From assembly GCF_009914755.1 (NCBI RefSeq), contig NC_060926.1: DNA of 64,000 nt; one strand, given 5' to 3'. The number at the start of each line of letters is the position of its first letter. Within the stretch, counting starts at the first letter, position 1. Position numbers and translations under genes: made by a program. The notes beneath the pieces are model-generated. The model did not search any database and was not told the DNA's origin. It saw nothing but the letters and a program-made list of their open reading frames with translations. Shown in pieces: positions 43,298 to 56,030 of the stretch. Source of the stretch: the human T2T-CHM13v2.0 reference genome, Homo sapiens.

Positions 43298-43685
43298 TGC
43301 TATAAACTAATGTTTGTGTCATATGTTGACAACCTAATAACCTAACTCACAATCCATAAATTGAAAACCTAATCAACAATGTCAGATATTGGCAGGTACA
43401 ATCTTCGGGAGGTAGTTCAGTCATAAGGGTGGATCCCTCATAAAAGGGATTAGTGCCCTTATAAAGGAGACTCCAGACAGCTCCCTTAACACCTTCCAGA
43501 CTGTGAAGATGCAGCAAGAAGAAGGCTGTCCATGAAACAGGAAGCAGGCTCTCACCAGATACTAAATCTTCTGGTGCCTTGATCTTAGACATTCTAACCT
43601 CTAGAACTGTAAGGAATAAATTTTGTTGTTTATAAGCCACCCAGCCAATGGTATTTTCTTATAGCAGCCTGAATGAACTAAGACA
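43298..43685 (+). mobile_element. MLT1A0 MaLR solo LTR
   Basis: tgctataaactaatgtttgtgtc...gggattagtgcccttataaa...ttataagccacccag...gaactaagaca. Confidence 0.9.
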
Positions 43686-44260
43686 AGGGACTGTTTTCAG
43701 AATCTTGGACACCACTCGTGACCTAATGATGCCTGCCACTATCATAGGAGTTAGCAGTACTGCATTTCAAATCCTATTCAAAACAGTACATTGGAAGAAG
43801 TTATGCCTCTCACCATATTTCAAAATTATTTTGCATTTCAGCCCATCTACCAATTATTATAATAAACAATATTCCATTACAAACAGGAGCTTACAAAGAG
43901 ATTTGAGAGGAGCAAGTCTTCAGGCACAGCTTTTCCTATAACTTGAATTTACTTATCCTTATGCATATTTATCAGATGATTATATTATCTTTCTATGGAA
44001 CCCTGGCATCTTGTCACTTACACTTCTTTGTTAGCTCTGGAAAAGTCTTGAGCTGACTTCAGTTATGCCCACCCAAATTTAGTGCCCTTAAAAATAAGAA
44101 ACAATAAAATCGTATTATATCCATATCCCAGATCTCTCTAACCAATATTAAAAAGGATTTCTGCTGGTTGTATCAATGTACAGATTCTTTAAAAAATGAA
44201 TGATGTTAGACAACTATAAAGTCACTGCCTAAAAAGAGAAGAAAGGAATACAGATTTTAC

Positions 44261-44337
44261 CTGGTTTAAAATTCTTATTTCCACTGACCAATTAATCAAA
44301 ACATATTGTCCTTTAGTCAAGGACAACCCTTTACCTT
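44261..44337 (-). other. Candidate 77-nt exon
   Basis: Minus strand ttCTAACttcctttctttAG|AAG...AACCAG|GTAAAA; a second strong acceptor (ttcctttcttctctttttAG|G) at 44230-44229. Confidence 0.25.
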
Positions 44338-44384
44338 CTAAAGAAAGGAAGTTAGAATAAAAGCAAGGGGTGGACACAAAACTG

Positions 44385-45545
44385 TATGCAAATAAATCAT
44401 AGACCTTAATGTAAGAGCTGAAAGTGTGTATCTGTAAGAAGAACGCACAAGAATAAATTTTCATGACCTAAGGTCAAGAAATGTCTTCTTAAATAAGGAA
44501 CCAATAGAACAAAAACAAATACAGATTAATTAAACTTCATCAAAATTAAAAACTTTTGTGCTTAAAAGGACATCATTTCAAAGTAAAAAGATCCACAGAA
44601 TGAAAGAAAATATCTGCAAATGATGTATTTCATAATAGACTTGCTTCAGGAATACATAAAGCACTTTAAAAGAACAATAAAAAAAGAAAACTCAAATGAA
44701 AAATAGGCAAATGATTTGAATAGACATTTCTCCAAAGATACACAAATGGACAATAAATACATGAAAATGTGCTGAATATAATTAGCCATTAGGGAAATGC
44801 AAATGAAAATCACAATGATATACCACTCTGTACCCACTAGGATGGCTATAATAAAAAAGACAGATAATAACAGGTGTTGGTTAGTATGTGGAGAAATTGG
44901 AACTCTCACACATTGCTGGTAAAAATGTAAAGTGTTGCAGCTGCTTAGAAAAATAATTTTTCTGAAAACGTTGAACATGGAGTTACCATATGATCCAGCA
45001 ATTCCACCCTTCAGTATATAACCAATAAATGAAAACATAAAATCTTATTTTGACACAAACACTGGGACACAAATATTCATTGCAGTATTTTTCATAATAG
45101 CCAAAAGTATAAACAATCCAAATGTCTATCAACTTATGAATGGATGAATAAAACATGATCTAGCCATAAAATGGAATATTATTTGGCAATAGCAAGGTAT
45201 GAAGTACTGATACATATTGCAATATGCCTTGAAAACATTAAGTGAAAGAAGCTGATCACAAAGAACCACATATTGTATGATTCTATGTATGTAAAACATC
45301 CACAATCGGTAACTTTATACAGACAGAAAGTAGATTAGAGGTTGCCCAAGTCTGGAGGGTAGGGGAGAAATGTGAATAGGAAGTTACTGCCAATAGGTAT
45401 GGAATTTCTTTTTGAGGTGATGAAAATGTTCTAAAATCCACAGTTGCACTACTTACTGAATATGGTAAACAACATTGAATTGCACACTTTTAAAGGGTAG
45501 AATGTATGTTTTAAAATTGCAGCTTAATAAAGCTATTTTTAAAAA
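44385..45545 (+). mobile_element. L1MB (MB7/8-like) 3' end
   Basis: gatataccactctgtacccactaggatggctataat; acagaaagtagattagaggttgcc; tttctttttgaggtgatgaaaatgttctaaaat; taataaagct. Confidence 0.88.
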
Positions 45546-45624
45546 GTCAGGGGGGGTTGGCATTTGAATAAGTGACCAATGACATCTCACTGCTGCATAT
45601 CCATACGTTGAGTCAGAACAATCT

Positions 45625-46232
45625 TAAAGGGAAAACAAAACTGTTAAGTATTTTAAAGATGTCTATTGTGAGCCACTATGAGTGACTGTAGCTCAGGTAT
45701 ACAGTCTCAAGAGGTCCTGACCTGTGGCAGTCAGATTAGTTTGGTTTTATACATTTTAGGGAAGCAAGAATTATAGGCAAAGACTTAAATCAATACATGG
45801 AAGGTATACATTGGTTTTGCTCAAAAAGACAGGCTATCTTTAAGTGGAGGTAGGGGCTTAAAGGCTGCGGGTGAATTCAGAAATTCTTTAATTTGCAATT
45901 GCTTAAAGAAGTAAAGCTCTGTCTAAAATTTGGAGTTAGCAGAAAGAAATGTTTTAAGTTAAGGATGCTATGTAGTAACATTGATGGCCTGCAGATGTGA
46001 CTTAATCCTTGCCTTGCACAGCTTTAGGTCTTGTTTATAATTTGGTATCTTATTGTCACAAAGAGTTCATTTTGTTAGTCTTATGATCGCTAGTTTAACA
46101 TTAATGCTGGTCAGTTGTACCTAAACTCCAAAAGGGAAGGGATATAATGAGATATGTTGGACCTCCCTTCCCATCATGGCTGGGAATTCAATTCTTAAGT
46201 TTTTTCTGGGGACCCCTTGACCAAGATAGGGG
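45625..46232 (-). mobile_element. MER4-group (MER4B/D-like) ERV1 LTR
   Basis: cagtctcaagaggtcctga...ttggttttatacattttaggga...aatcaatacatggaaggtatacattgg...cccttcccatcatggc. Confidence 0.85.
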
Positions 46233-47862
46233 TTGTACTCCTTTAGGAGGAACCAAAATGGCCTAATTTCTAGATTTGACCAAGGTGTTTCTAACCTATT
46301 CAGAACTAATGGACCTTGAGCAGAATGAGTCAGCTTTCAGAGAAAATATGTCCAGGGTTAGTAAGCCTTTCAACAGGGCCTTTACTGGAAGCACTTTAAC
46401 CATCCTTTAAATCAGGAAGAGGTTTCCCAGCTTTCTTCCTGCTATGTTCAAGAAAGAAAACATAGAAAGCCAAAGGGCTTTAAAATTGCCTCAGTAGATC
46501 AAGCTGTGTGGCAACAGTCATGCGACCAGAGATAGATGAATTCACCACTGATCATGACCAGATATGGATAATGCTGAAATTGATGTCACGTGTATGCCAG
46601 TATGAAAAGAAGTATATTTTTAAAATGACTTCTCAGCCAAGATCTGTGACATCATTGATTGTAGAAAGGTCAATGGCTGTCACCTTAAGACCCTTAGATG
46701 ATGCTCACTATTATTATTAAATGAATTTTAAAGGTAGGGGTCCAGTGGGAGCTTGTAAGCACTTGATATTCTTACATGTGGAAAGACGGCAGGTGAACAA
46801 TTATGAAGATATTAAATAAGCAAAATAAAAAGTTTTCTGTCCAATACTTTGTCATAATGTGTAGTTTGTCAGGACTTTTGACCTGATCAAAAGTTAATAG
46901 TTACATATTTTATTTACATCTTTTACTTTATAAACAAAGTGAATTATTTAAAAAATATATTTACATATTTGTATCATCAAGAAAGTATTAAACTAATTAA
47001 ATGTATACTAAAGGGAAGAAATTATTATAAACATTGAAAAATTGTGCAATAGAGCTTCATTAGGATACTTTATTCTATCTAAAAAGAAGATCTTTCTTTT
47101 GTTATTAAGCTATTTGCAAGATTTAATTGTTGCTATTCCACAGAGAATGGTTGACAGTGGATTATTATTCCTCATTACACTTTAAAAGACAACCTGCTTA
47201 AACTAAAGACAGACACTCTCCCTCATTTGGAGTTATATTTACTTAATTATTGTCCTGTTTTCTTAAAGAGATTTAAGTGGGTTTTTTAGAAGTCACTAGA
47301 TTCACTGGGCCCAGAGACAACATTATCATTTTCTATAGCAGTTCTCATTTTTCTTAAAATCATGACCCATTTGATATCTTAAAAACAGCAACATTAATTT
47401 TAATTTGTCTTATTGTAGGGTATAAATTGACTAAATGTTAATAGCATTCTTCTAGAGTAATCAGTTCTACATGATTAACCTAAAAATTGCCAAAACATTG
47501 TTTACTCTTCATTTGTATCTGAAGAAAAAGGCATGATGAGTCAGACAGATTTGGATTAATTTACTTTCTGATCTGCATTAAAACTTGCCACAATGATTCA
47601 TAATCATTTTACTTGATATTTATTTTGACAAAACAACTTAATTTTGAAAGCAGTTCACTGGAAAATAATTTAGGGCCAAAAGGTATTCCACTTCATAACT
47701 ACAATTAAGTTGCATGGAAAATACTATTCTACTTTATTTTTCTTGCTTCTTCTCTATCTAATAAAAATTGGGCAAAATACAACCTCTGAAACCTTGTAAG
47801 CATTCCCTTTTGAAGACTTTTTTTTTTTTTTTAATAAAATCAGAGTAGGTAGCTTGTGCTTT

Positions 47863-47881
47863 TACCACCATCTAGTGGGCT
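47863..47881 (-). promoter_or_regulatory. Candidate CTCF site
   Basis: Minus strand AGCCCACTAGATGGTGGTA fits core CCASYAGRKGGCRS with one tolerated change. Confidence 0.45.
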
Positions 47882-49182
47882 TCTTTTGTGACAGCAAGTG
47901 ACAACTAAGGAGAAACAAAGATTCAGGGAATGGGATACTGACCATTAAATATGTTAAACTTTCCAGAATTTTCCTGTGAGGGCAGGGTCAAGGGGCCTAC
48001 ACTGAAGAAGACACTTAGTTATATGTTACAATTTTTTAAAAAAAATCTTCATTTGACATCTTTTCTTAAGAATGAGGAAACAGAATAGTGACCACATAAA
48101 TACTTTTTTTCCTTAAAAATTGTTCTAAAAATGGGAAAACACCAGTCACCTTCAGAAGTGTAAATTGACAGTGTTCCCTTTTGAACACATAATTTTGACC
48201 ACAGATGATTCAGCAATACAACAGAAATAGATATAGCTAATGAAAATAATATAATGAAATGTTAAAAATATAGAGTTCCTTTATCTTGTTTCAAAAAAAA
48301 TAGATTTTAACACACACAATTGTTAAAACCTTGTTAATGATTTAAAAGATATGTTATAAATAGTAACTGATTTTACATTCACTATAGCAAAATCACTTTA
48401 CAACCTTTCTTTCAAAGGTACCTGATATTGAGATTACATGGAAACCAGGGAACCACAGTCTATGAATAATCAACACTACTCATCATTACATATAACCCTT
48501 GGCACATACTTATAAAAACCTATATTTTCAAATTTGGCTCAACATAAACAGTGTCTTCATTTTCAACGCAAAGAATTGAATCCAGTCTAATATAGACAGA
48601 GACCTAATCCAATTTCTACCATAATTTACTTAAGTATCTATATACCATTCTAATGAAATCATTTTTCTCATGCTATCAATCAACTCCTCCATACTAAATC
48701 TAATAATTTCTTTAAAATCTAATTATTCCTGACTTTTAAAAATGTATATGATATTTTGAAAATTGCTGAATTTTAAAAACTCCTTTTTTCCCCAGTTTCT
48801 ATGAAAGAAAATAGGAAAATATGCTTTTTAGAGCCTCCTTTTTGCCTTCCTCAGTTTCCTCCACTGCTCTTTAAATGTAAATAAGCCCAGTTTCTATGAC
48901 CCTTGACTTTTCTTGCTTATGTAACCAGCTATCATCTCTATCCAAGCAATATACAAATATAGAGTTACTGGTTTTGAACACTCAACAACATTTTTTTTCT
49001 CTCTGCCTTAGGGGCACAAATATTTGTCCATCTAGCTTATTGTTTAAAATTCAATTTGTATAGAACCATGCTCTGACCTAAAAAATTCACTTTTCCAATA
49101 TTATTTAAAGTTTCCATCATTTGAACATTATTCTTCTATTTAGAATCAAATTTAATTCTCTACACTTAAAACCTGGTTTGAA

Positions 49183-49437
49183 GGTCAGGCACGGTGGCTC
49201 ATGCCTGTAATCCCAGCACTTTGGGAGGCCGAGGCGGGCAGATCACCTGAGGTCAGGATTTCGAGACCAGCCTGATCAACATAGAGAAACCCTGTATCTA
49301 CTAAAAATACAAAATTAGCCAGGTGTGTTGGTAAATGCCTGTAATCCCAGCTACTCGGCAGGCTGAGGCAGGAGAACCCAGAAGTCGGAGGTTGCAGTGA
49401 AAAAAAAAAAGTAAAAAAGAGAGAGAGAAAAAAAAAG
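49183..49437 (+). mobile_element. AluS (Sp-like) lacking its 3' ~55 nt, with 15-bp TSD
   Basis: Right arm ends gttgcagtg then A/AG tail; TSD aaaacctggtttgaa at 49168-49182 and 49438-49452. Confidence 0.95.
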
Positions 49438-49559
49438 AAAACCTGGTTTGAACACCACATTCTAAGAAAATGCTGCCTTAAACACATTTCATTCTGCACA
49501 AGTGAGACCACATACTCTTTCACATACAATCAATTCATTTTCTTGTCATGCATTTGGTC

Positions 49560-49860
49560 ACGTCATTCTCATTGGAAAGCTCCTTTCTCTCCTCTGTATA
49601 GTCTAAGATACCTTTTCTTAAAAATCACACTCATTTAGTGACCTCTTCATTGTGCTTACATAAACTTGAGATCTGTAGGACTCATCATGCATATGAGGAA
49701 CATACATTGTTGGCTCTTTTTTTCTCTCTTTAGTCTATTTCTCCAACTAGATTTAAATTCTTTTGACATTAAATGTGAGGTGACAGAACTGTGTATTCCC
49801 AGCACACAAGCAGAAAGCTCTACACACGTACAGTATTCAATAACTATATGCTATTAATGC
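49560..49860 (+). mobile_element. L2 3' relic
   Basis: ctccaactagatttaaattc...tgtgtattcccagcac...cagtattcaataactat. Confidence 0.55.
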
Positions 49861-50039
49861 TGTTGATGGCAGAGTTGTAATCTTTGTAATAGGTAACAAT
49901 AACCAGGTAGACAATATCAATCATTTAAACATTTTTTACTCCAAAATTTAATACATAAGCAAAAAATTTTCATCACTATTGCATTCACTACTCTTCTTGT
50001 CACCATCCAATCTAGGACCACACAGTTCTCCACCCACAA

Positions 50040-51110
50040 TATGTCCATTCATCAAATTAATATCTATTGAGTGTCTCCGTGTTTTAGGTACTGAACATAC
50101 AGAAGACACATACACACACATACACACAAAGATGTGTTTACTCCCCCTTATGATGCAGTCCAGCAGGAGAAATGTATATTAAACAAATTATTATATATAC
50201 AGTAGTAGTTAATATTTACTGGATATTTATCATATGCTAGGCACCTTTTTAAGAGCTTAAACAAATTAACACTTTCAACACGTACAGTAATTCTATTTTG
50301 TAGGTATTATTTTTCTTATGTATAAATGGGAAAAAAAATGAGGTGTTGAAGGATTTTAAAACTTGTCCGAAGTCATCAAGCTGGTAATTGATAGTCGATA
50401 TTCCAATTTAGGTAATGTAACTACAGAGATGAAGCAGAACAAATCTCATTGTAGATTTGTTGGCGATGAGGTTTGAGTTCCTAAAACTGAGATGTTTGGG
50501 TATAAGGTAATAGGCATTAACGAAAATACCATTGATCCTTGGATAAGAGAACTTGGCTTTACAATGTTCACAAAGCCAGGGAAGTTGTTACTTGGGCATC
50601 TATAGAACCTTATTCATCCACTTATGATATAGGTAAAATTATTTCCATTACTATTTTACAGATAAAGGAAGTGAAATCTATGTTACATGAATGGATAAAT
50701 TAAGTTCTGAGAGATTCCTAAACTTACCAAAGCTCTCAAGGCTGGAAAGGGGCAGGGATGAGATTCAAACCCAAATTATAACTCCAAGTCCAGGTCTCAT
50801 CTGGCTGTAACAGAACTGCCATGAGTGGGTAAAGCAAAGACACTAGGGTGTTTTAATTTCATAGGACAATTTCTTCATTTATTCTTTCACCAAGTATTTA
50901 TTAAATAGCTCCCATGTTCAATCACCATTCTAAATGCTTTGATATATAAGATCTGGTCTCTGTTCTCCACCACTTCATAATACAACTTAGGAAAAAGGTA
51001 TATATATAAATACCTGTGATATAAGGCAGCATATGACAAATCCCATGTGGGTATGACCTAATTGTGAGGGAGCAGAGTATCTTGCATAAAGCGAATGTGG
51101 CAGAAAACCC
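50040..51110 (-). mobile_element. Cluster of L2 and MIR relics
   Basis: cattcatcaaattaatatctattgagtgtctcc (L2); taatatttactggatatttatcatatgctaggcac and ctattttacagataaaggaagtga...gggatgagattcaaaccca (MIR); ttcatttattctttcaccaagtatttattaaat (L2). Confidence 0.6.
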
Positions 51111-51309
51111 TTGTACAATCTTGCTTCAGCCCACCCAAGGTCTCTCAGCCATTTTCTATGTCAGCATTACCTTCACTTGTGAACATTTAGACTTCTTATA
51201 CTTTTGCTAAAAGAATGCTATACAGCAAGACCTGGACTGTTGTAATCCTATAATAATTAGTCTAACACAAATGGAAGATAGAACAAAAGCACAATATGTT
51301 CTAAAGTTT

Positions 51310-52086
51310 TTAAAATTATACACTGACAAATTATAGTTATACAGTATAGCTAATAATTGAGTACTGTACATCTCCATATCACTAAGAAAGTAAATCTCAG
51401 ATGCTCTCACAGCAAAAAATGTCAAATGTTTGAAGTGATGCATAGGTTAGTTAGCTTAATCTAATCCTTCCACACTGTATTAAAAGATCATAATGGCAGT
51501 TTGTGCCTGTATTCATCCTACTGTGCAACAGACCTCAGAAAAAATCAAACTTATTTCTCCTAACTGAGGCTTTGCAGTCTTTCATGATTATCTCCCCATT
51601 TCTTCCACCCCTACCTCCCGCCTCTGTTAAACACCACTTTACTCTCTGGTTCTATGAGTTCAATTGTTTTAGATTCCACATGTAAGTGAGGCAATGTGGT
51701 GTTTATCTTGCTGTGTTTGGCTTATTTGGTTTAGCCTGATGTTCAGTTTCATCCGTGTTGTCACAAATGACAACATGGCTTTTTAAGGCTGACTAGTATT
51801 CTATTGTGTATATATACCACAAGTTTTTAATCCATTCATCCACTGATGGGCACTTAGGTTGATTCCATAACTTGGCTGTTGTGAATGGTGTTACAATTAA
51901 CATGGGTGTGCAGACACCTCTTTGACTACATCTGATAAGGGATTAGAGATTAATATGCGAATGACATAAGGGACTGAAGCAACTCTATAGAAAGAAAACA
52001 AATAATTCAATTAAGAAATGGGCAAAGGAGCTGAAGAGACATTTCTCAAAAGAAGACATATGAATGGCTAACAGATAAGTGAAAAA
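51310..52086 (-). mobile_element. Short L1MA insertion with 5' inversion and a second internal inversion, TSD-flanked
   Basis: Segment orientation -/+/-/+; TSD atgttctaaagttt (51296-51309) / atgttctatagttt (52087-52100). Confidence 0.8.
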
Positions 52087-52539
52087 ATGTTCTATAGTTT
52101 ATTTACTTTCATGAGAGTTTTGCTATTTGGTAATCTTCCTATTAGTAACTCACAGAAAATTTTACTCCAGGCCCCAAGTGAGGTAAGAAAAGTTGCAATC
52201 AGATGTTGTGCTTATCAGTCATCTTGGATATCAAACTGGAAACAGGTTGCTGAGTGAAAGGCATATTGAGAATAGGAACCAACCAGTTTTGTTGAGACTT
52301 TTAAAACTGCTCAGAGAGAAATAACTATCAGAAGGGTGAAATCATAGAATGGGCAATATCTGATTATAACTGTAGGTTAACTTGAGTTAAAATTAGGAAT
52401 TTGTTAAGCCCTTGTTAATGATCTCTATGTCTTGACACTCTAAAGTGTTTTCTTACTGTCTTCTACTAAGAGCTATTGGAATAATGTGAGGCCTGAAGAG
52501 TTCCTGTCTTCACACCACCCCATCCCTCAATCCCTAAAA

Positions 52540-53470
52540 CATCTAGTGAAGGTGGAATTGGGAAAAGGTGATGTTTTCATAAATCCTAAAGAAAGAATAA
52601 GATTTTGATAGACAGGAGGCAGTAAGGTGGAGTGAACAAAGATATGAAGGTTTCAAAGCTCATTGTTTCGGGGAATGTCCATTACATCATATTGAGGCTT
52701 TGTTTTATTTGCTTGCTTGAAGAAAATATGTGAGTCATAAGTCAGGAAATGTAGGGTATAGCCAGAATGTGGAATATGAGAAACTAGAAAAGGGATTTTG
52801 AAAAGGTATCTATAGGCAATGGTTAGTAACTCAACAAGAGTATCACATGATGTCAGATATATTTTTCCAATAGAATCTGGAAAATTAACTTGGTATGAAG
52901 TTATTGCAGAAGGTATGCCATCAGAGGCAGTGAAATTTGTTAAAATCAATTGTCTAAGCCTGGACTAAGAAGTTAATAACTGAGAACAAGGGAAAACTTT
53001 ATGGATAAAAATGATGGATGCATGATCTGTGGAAAACAAAAAGAAATTAACAGGATTGAGAACTCTTCCTGAAAGGGTGAGGTAAAGAAAAAGGGGCAAA
53101 AGGGTTTAAGCCAAGGATGAACTACAGGAAGTAATGTAAAATTAACAGATATTGTAATGTCAGAAGTAAAAGCAAGGTTTGAAGGAAAAATGAATAGGGA
53201 TAGAGTAATATTTCTTGATCTAGAGATGCTGTTTGGACTTTTATTTGGAAATGTTCTTTAGGAATTTGGAATTTCAGATCTGGAATGCAGAAGAGAGATC
53301 ATGGATTACAGTGTGTGACTCCTTTAAGGGAAAGACAATAGAAGGATCCAGGTAAAACAAAACAAAACAAAACAAAAAAACTAGAGAAGGTAAAAAGAGC
53401 CAGAAAAGATATATGAAGTTCAGAGAGGTAGGAAGATAATTAAAATAATACCAGCAGGAAAGCTTTCTGA
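52540..53470 (-). mobile_element. L2 relic (long, purine-rich antisense)
   Basis: ggaatttcagatctggaatgcagaagagagatc, tcagagaggtaggaagataatt and similar antisense L2 motifs. Confidence 0.55.
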
Positions 53471-53718
53471 TTCAACTCATTAAAATGGCATTACTTCAGG
53501 CAATATTTTAATTAGCTCCTCATGTTCAGAATTTAAAATTTTCTCTAAAACTGTCTATTATCTTTTACTAAAATCTACAAGTAAATACATCAGTTTAAAA
53601 AATATAAAAATTGAAAAAAAGTGGATTTTAGTGATAATTTTTGCCAAAATTAGTTTCCTTAAGATTCTAGCTTTTCTGGAGCCAAAAGTGATTTGCATGT
53701 TACAATAAAAACATCTAT

Positions 53719-54048
<330 letters not shown>

Positions 54049-54784
54049 CTATGCATTCTATCAAGGGAGAAAATTAACTTTTTTTAAAAAAAGACAGTGA
54101 TTCTAAGCTACAATTCTAATTTTAGAACAATATTTCTCTTTTGCCTAATTTATATTTTCTCTAAAACAAAAATCTGGGGGAAACTTAGAGCAAAATTTTT
54201 CAAATCACCTTCTTGTATTCTAGAAAAGTAAAGATATTTTAAAGGCCATGTTGTCTCTCAGAGTTACTGAAACATTTTACCAAATATAGAATATTCTTAA
54301 GTACTGTGGACATGGTACCAGACACATCACAGATATTATTTTATAACTTAAAATAGCATGTAAATACAATATTTTAAGATTAATTCTCGCCTAAGCATCA
54401 TCTGTCCATTCACTCATTCATTTGAAAATATTGATTGCACACTTGGGATGTATCAGTGACGAAAATAGACAAAAATTCCTGCCCTCTCATTAGACATGGT
54501 TGCTGTACAAGACAATGAGGTTGAACCCAAACTATAACTTGACCCTTTGAAATATGGAACATTTGCTGTTAAATTTATCAGTGCATTTATGCTCTGTGTG
54601 TGTAAAAATATTTTTTTTCCTCAGAAAATCTATGTCTTTCAAATGTGAGGGAAACGAAATGACCTTTACTCCTGTCTACTTTAATAATACTTGGACTGTT
54701 AATTTTTACTAAAATATCCTAGTGGCCCCACTCCTCAAAAGCACACACATATATTTTTAAATGAGTTTGTAACAAAAGATAAAA

Positions 54785-55016
54785 GATCCAATTTCAAACA
54801 ACTGATCATTGAGATCCCAGGTCTCAACTTTGTCCTTCCTGGAGGGAGCATAGATTTTGCACCTAATTAGGTAGTGACTGAGTGATGGATTAGTACTCTC
54901 AATGATTTTCTGATTAGTTGACTAACTGAAAATTTCCACAGGGCAGAGTGCAATTTACTTGTGTGCCCCAATTAGCACTGCTAACTGGGGCACAAAATCG
55001 GCATAAAATTGGGCCC
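54785..55016. repeat. Cluster of nested inverted repeats, possible ancient palindromic DNA element
   Basis: 33-bp near-perfect palindrome 54962-54994; 12-bp palindrome 54861-54872; arms 54799-54814 / 54897-54920. Confidence 0.6.
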
Positions 55017-55951
55017 TGATTTTGTATCAGCCACCATCCAGAGAATGGCAAAGAGCCAAAAAGACTCCGAGGAAAATCTTTAGCATCCTTCCTTTTGTCA
55101 TTTGCTAAATCACCCAGTAGTCCACTGCTAATTTTATAGAAAAGTTTACCGTTTGTGGATTACAAAAAAAAAAAAAATGTGGCTTATTAGGAAGGGTTTG
55201 AGGACTTAAAGCCTTATACTCACTGAGAGACAAGACAGCAATAGAAACATTGGGAATTCTTTTCTGGAAAGTCTTGTGTGCTGAACCCCCAGTAACATCT
55301 TCTTTTGTATATGGAAATACATAAAATGTTGGGAGTAATTTTACACCTGATAGAGAAAACTTGTGCCATATTTCCATAAATTGTTTCTCTTTGGTGAGGC
55401 CCATGTAGCCACATAATAAAAGTTCTTATTTATTATTTACAAGTTTTCTCTGACATCTTTTATAAACTTTCAGAGGCGCACAGAACCACATTTAACGAAC
55501 AAGACTTTTCAACACATTTGTTTGCTGTTTGAAAGCCCAACATTTTCTTTTACCTAATATTGCATTTTCCTGCTATTTATTCATTTAATAATAGGCTTCA
55601 ATGCAAACACATAGTAATGTTACCAAAAGGGCAAGTGCAGTAAATAGCCTTATGTAGGAAAGTCAGCCAGCTTTTCCTATTGCAAATTGGGAATCTTGTT
55701 AAAACATGATTGTGCATAGGACCTTTGCAGAATGAAAACAACTCTTCCTCAGAAACTTATTTGACTTTGCCTAAATTACACTGAAACAAAAGGACAGTTG
55801 TGGCTCTTTCATTACTCTCTATCCTGTGCTGCCTCTCCTCTGTGCATACTACAGGCACACACAGTAGTAATATAGGTGAGCTGTGCTTGTGAATGAAAGC
55901 ACAATTATTTAATAAGTGTGCCTGCATTTTGCACAAACCTAACTTGTTCTA

Positions 55952-56030
55952 TTAGGTTGATGCAAATGTAATGGCAGGTTTTGCTATTAAAAGTGATGGC
56001 AAAACCACAATTACTTTTACACCAACCTAA
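55952..56030. mobile_element. MADE1 (Hsmar1-derived MITE)
   Basis: TA|ttaggttgatgcaaatgtaatggcaggttttgc...gcaaaaccacaattacttttacaccaacctaa|CA; ~80-bp palindrome. Confidence 0.93.
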
